Shown here: positions 34,362-38,414 of the stretch, in pieces
Position numbering within the stretch: position 1 is the stretch's first letter
Layout: every line of letters starts with the position of its first letter
Origin: Octopus bimaculoides
Lineage: Eukaryota
Length of the DNA: 38,414 bases
Assembly: GCF_001194135.2 (NCBI RefSeq)
Contig: NC_068990.1
Span: 25,782,725 to 25,821,138 of the forward strand
Direction of reading: 5' to 3'
The notes under the pieces: model-generated
What the model saw: the letters and a program-made list of their open reading frames with translations, nothing else
What the model was told of the DNA's origin: nothing
Database searches by the model: none
Made by a program: the position numbers and the translations under genes

Positions 34362-34723
34362 TTAACCTTTCCAAAAACCAACCAATCTAAGACAACCTTT
34401 GGTTCTATAATTCAAACTTCCTGTTTTAAAGGTATCTACACTAAAACCTCCCATTAAAATTCCATGTTGGATTATGTTCTGTGAGGATGAGGTGAACCGG
34501 AAGGAAAGAACAGTGACATCAATGGCCAAGGGGCTCCACCAGAAGAGGAAGAGGGAACAAGGAAATGAGGGAAGTAGCACCAGCATGGTCCTCTTTGGCC
34601 TCACACTACATGTTCCAAACACCAACTTAATGACAGTCATTTTACTAAAGTCTTCATTATCTTCAAAATAAATTGAAACAAAAGCAAAGTATTTCAGTGG
34701 AAATATAGTAACAAGACAGTTAA
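34362..34723. mobile_element. Degenerate MITE-1 with a 130-bp insertion
   Basis: TTAA at both ends; insert 34480-34609 flanked by ATGTTC. Confidence 0.7.
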
Positions 34724-34827
34724 GCAGACCTATGTTCAAAGGCATCCCAGTCATGACCATCCAGTCTTTGCTTTTTTAAACACAGTGAATCTCTGAGTAC
34801 ATCATCCAATAATGGTGGGGTGTGATT

Positions 34828-35010
34828 GAATCCTTTTGATTCCAACCTGTCTGAGACTGTCTGTGGTTCTATGGTCTGTCTGAGACTGTCTGTGGTTCTN
34901 NNNNNNNNNTGAGACTGTCTGTGGTTCTATGGTCTGTCTGAGACTGTCTGTGGTTCTATGGTACAAACTTCCTGTTTTAAAGTGATCTAAATTAAAACCT
35001 TCCATAAATC
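34828..35010. repeat. MITE-1 half with 29-bp tandem repeat spanning a 10-N gap
   Basis: Unit gagactgtctgtggttctatggtctgtct; true copy number uncertain. Confidence 0.75.
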
Positions 35011-35029
35011 TAGAGGGAGGGGCAGAGCC

Positions 35030-36235
35030 CATAACCCTTACAAGATCTCTAAGATCAGTGAGGTTGTAGTTGTTCATGTACTGGTCAACATCTGCAGGTA
35101 AAGACATGAACAAGGAAGAGGAGATCCGAGCTGGATGATGTCCAGGGGATGAAGGATTGGGAAAAAAAAATGGTTAGTACAGGAAGAGGTGGAGTTGGAT
35201 ATACCAAAATTGATGAGAAGTGGAGAGATGAGTGAGTTGGAGGTCACCATCCAACTCTGAGCAACAGAAGTCATTAAGTTGAATAGAAAGACAGAGAGAG
35301 GAGATAACACCCCTGAGGGTCAGGTTGGAGTGTGTCAAAGATGGAATACCAATCAGTTGAGTGACCTTTCTCTGGATGAGGTCCAGGGTGTCAGTGTGTG
35401 TGTGTGTGTGGTTGTGTAGCAGCAGCAGTAGCAGGTTCCTAGATGTGGGGGAAGTGCTTAATTGGGGGTCTCACTTGGGCCTTGCAGAGTGTTAGCAGTA
35501 GTTGGAGGCTGGAACATCTTCTGGGCCAAAAGGAAGGAGCTAGTCTTTGGGATCAGTCCTTGCTATGTTAAGGATGTGCTTTCGCCAGAAGAGATCTTCA
35601 GTTAAAGTGGGGTCTTTAGCTTTAAGCCATTCACCATTCGTGTTTCGAGGTGATGTGGTGTTTTCTGGAGTTGTTTTGATGTTAAAAGAGAAAATGTTGG
35701 CATGGCCCAACTGGAGCAAGCTCTCAAGGTTTCCATTTATGGAATCAATACAAACTTGGTATGTGGCATCTAGGTTGTATGTGGATGATTCATGGTTAAG
35801 AAGGAATGAAAAGTTGTGTTGCATGCATGAGAGTGGATGCTGTTGAGTGTGGTGAGAAGTAGGTCATTGGCACATAGATGGAAGAAAGCAGTGAATAGAA
35901 CCACACCCTGGGGAGCGCTAGAGTTAATTAAAAACTGGGGTACAAAGAACTCCATCAATATAGGCTGCAATGGTATGAGCTGATAAGAAGCTACAACTCT
36001 AAGAGATGAGAGGTGTTTATAGGTAATAAATTTTTGACAGGAGATTTGCATGCCAGAATATGGTCGAAAGCTTTGATGTTGTCTGAGGCAAAAACATTGC
36101 TTTCATCAAACTTCTGTACAGTGAGAGCCCACAGATGAGAGATATAAACAAATAGGTTTCCAGTAGACTTGGCTCTGTGGAAGCCATACTGGTGGTCACA
36201 TGGAAAAGAGAGGAATTCAATGGCATTGTTACTGA
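35030..36235 (-). mobile_element. 5'-truncated, decayed CR1/Jockey-type LINE (RT domain plus C-terminus)
   Basis: Frameshifted colinear motifs SDNIKAFDHI-WHANLLSK, INSSAPQGVVL, NDLL..IHSHA, L.WRKHI, LDLIQRK..LI, SLPA..YNL. Confidence 0.85.
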
Positions 36236-36245
36236 CTATTAGCTT

Positions 36246-36924
36246 GGAACAGTATTTGTGGAAACTGGGTTCTCGAGGTGGTCATTAAGCTCTGCAGTAA
36301 TTTTGGGAGCTGTACTTTTGTGATCATTTCTAACAATTTGCCTAAGAGTCTGACGGCCCCTATCTGAAAGTTTTGGCTTTCTTCCGGAGTTTTGTTTCAA
36401 TGAGGAGGTTTTTTCCCCTCTTTCTCAAAGGCTGTCATTACTTTTGAGACAGATAGGCCAAACATTTCGGCCGTTTTCATTACACTGGCGCCTACCATAC
36501 GAGCACCAACAATTTGACCCCTTTGAAAGTCCGATAGATCTGTCATTTTAATTAATTTTAATTGCCTTTTTCTGATGATATCTGAAAAGAAACAGCAATT
36601 TTAGCAAAACATTGCTTAATAAACAACACTAATAATAAATAAAAAAAACCTAAAAATAAACAAGCTTTTGCCGGTTTTATAAATATTTCAAAATTATGAT
36701 GTTATGATACTAGCTGTTTCTGTTATTTTATCNNNNNNNNNNTTTAATTGCCTTTTTCTGATGATATCTGAAAAGAAACAGCAATTTTAGCAAAACATTG
36801 CTTAATAAACAACACTAATAATAAATAAAAAAAACCTAAAAATAAACAAGCTTTTGCCGGTTTTATAAATATTTCAAAATTATGATGTTATGATACTAGC
36901 TGTTTCTGTTATTTTATCCAACCC

Positions 36925-36929
<5 letters not shown>
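36246..36929 (-). mobile_element. Tc1-type transposon 5' end with N-terminal transposase (HTH) fragment
   Basis: TA-CAGGGGTTGGATAAAATAA terminus; MTDLSDFQRGQIVGARMVGASV..KTSSLKQNSGRKPKLSDRGRQTLRQIV..ITAELNDHLENPVST from ATG at 36546, with a frameshift. Confidence 0.92.
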
Positions 36930-36964
<35 letters not shown>

Positions 36965-37054
36965 CTTAGCAAGCCAAAACTTTGAAGTCACTGTCAATGA
37001 TAAATTTGTACTCAACCAAACGTATTGAGTAATTTCAAGTTAATGTAAAATTGT

Positions 37055-37162
37055 TTTAGGTGTTTTTGCTCAATAAACACAAACGATGCCCGGTCTGGGA
37101 ATTGAAACCGCGATCCTAAGACAGGGAGTCTGCTGCCCTAACCACTGGGCCATTGCGCCTCC
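37055..37162 (-). mobile_element. SINE-D head fragment
   Basis: ccactgggccattgcgcctcc as at 14200-14220. Confidence 0.85.
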
Positions 37163-37510
37163 CTCAAGCTGGGCATATCCGGTTTAAATAATGATAATAT
37201 GTATTTAGAAATATATCTCAGTAGTGACCATATTAGAAAGAAGATTTTTCTTAAATCAAATATCATTAGTTTTTGATATAAGAAATTCATTTCACACACA
37301 CACACACACACACAAATTCATAGATGCAGTGTCTCATACACTACATTTCAGCAAATCTAATCTGCAACTTGATACCACAAATTACTTGATAAATAAATTA
37401 ACCCTAAACCAGGGTATTTAAAGCTGTGACATTAGTCTACATGGTGAATAGGGAACAGAGTTAACCGTTTCATAAATATCACATCAAACAAACACATTTT
37501 TAAATATATA

Positions 37511-38201
37511 GGTGCAGGAGTGGCTTCCCAACCACATGGTTCCAGGTTCAGTCCCACTGCATGTCACCTTGGGAAAGTGTCTTCCACTATAGTCTTGGGC
37601 CAACCAAAGCTTTGTGAGTGGATTTGGTGGACGGAAACTGAAAGAAGCACATCATGTATATGTATGTACATGTGTGTGTGCCTTTGTCCTCTACCACAAC
37701 TTAACAACTGGTGTTGGTTTGTTTACATTCTCATAACTTAGCAGTTTGGCAAAAGAGATCAACAGAATAAATACTAGGCTTAAAAATAATAAATAAGTCC
37801 TCATTGTCGTTTAACGTCTGCTTTCCATGCTGGCATGGGTTGGACGGTTTGACTGAGGGCTGGCGAGCCAGAAGGCTGCACCAGACTCCAATCTGATCAG
37901 GCAAAGCTTCTACAGCTGGATACCCTTCCTAATGCCAACCACTCCGAGAGTGTAGTGGGTGCTTTTACGTGACACCGGCACGAGGGCCAGTTAGGTGGTA
38001 CTGGCAACGACCACGCTCAAATGAGATTTTTTTACATGCTACCTGCATGGGAGCCAGTTCAGCAGCATTGGCAACGACCATGCTTGAATGTTGTTTTTCA
38101 TGTGCCAGTAAGGTGACATACTGGGGTCAATTCATTTGACTAAAAATCCCTCAAGGCAGTGCCCCAGCATGGCTACACCCAAGTGACTGAAACAAGTACA
38201 A
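37511..38201 (+). mobile_element. SINE-A interrupted by an inverted family B element (about 37801-38110)
   Basis: SINE-A breaks at aataagtcc and resumes at ctggggtc; the insert carries family B 3' end and subrepeats on the minus strand. Confidence 0.85.
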
Positions 38202-38414
38202 AATAAGAATACCCATATGTGCCCCTCACCCTGATTTTGTTTCTTCCATAACTTTTGGAAAAAAGGATATTTTGGAATGAGATTTTCTACTAATACCTTA
38301 CAGATGGTGTACGTTATGATTATATCACAACTTGATGTGAAGAAAAGAAAAAAAAAATGGTTGGTGGGCACACAAATTGACACATGTCACATATATCTAT
38401 ACTATAAAAGGCAA

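Noticed and set aside
592-36590. Other CUGANGA heptamers (592, 10528, 13743, 25340, 25486, 27394, 27718, 35596, 36572)
   Set aside because: No stem II followed by GAAA and NUH can be drawn; consistent with chance.
10308-36918. Exact duplications on both sides of 10-N gaps (10308-10420, 13156-13195, 34850-34960, 36555-36918)
   Set aside because: Identical sequence mirrored across fixed 10-N gaps indicates unmerged contig overlaps, not real tandem repeats.

Overview
AT-rich, repeat-saturated eukaryotic DNA. The SINE families and microsatellite load point to an octopus genome (inferred, not database-checked). The window has 4 long N gaps and 5 ten-N gaps. There is one convincing gene: a single-coding-exon heparan sulfate 3-O-sulfotransferase (HS3ST1/5-like, 28686-29723, minus strand). 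It carries Gly where the family has a conserved Arg (RKGGT-G-AL) and has an overlapping upstream ORF. The rest is nested mobile DNA: several SINE families (my labels A-E), TTAA-flanked piggyBac-type MITEs, Tc1/mariner/pogo MITEs and fragments, a decayed CR1/Jockey-type LINE and a Dong/R4-type 3' end. Nearly all other ORFs in the track are microsatellite, gap or repeat artefacts. The most interesting signal is seven minimal type-I hammerhead-ribozyme-like motifs between 9.9 and 24.7 kb in about five unrelated contexts, mostly inside foldback elements. One family joins a tRNA-like Pol III head to a hammerhead-bearing, Penelope-like 3' end and is flanked by target-site duplications (TSDs), so it is a candidate ribozyme-bearing, Penelope-mobilised SINE. 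A 204-bp locally templated insertion with GGAA microhomology at both junctions is also present. All calls come from reading the sequence by eye; no searches were run.
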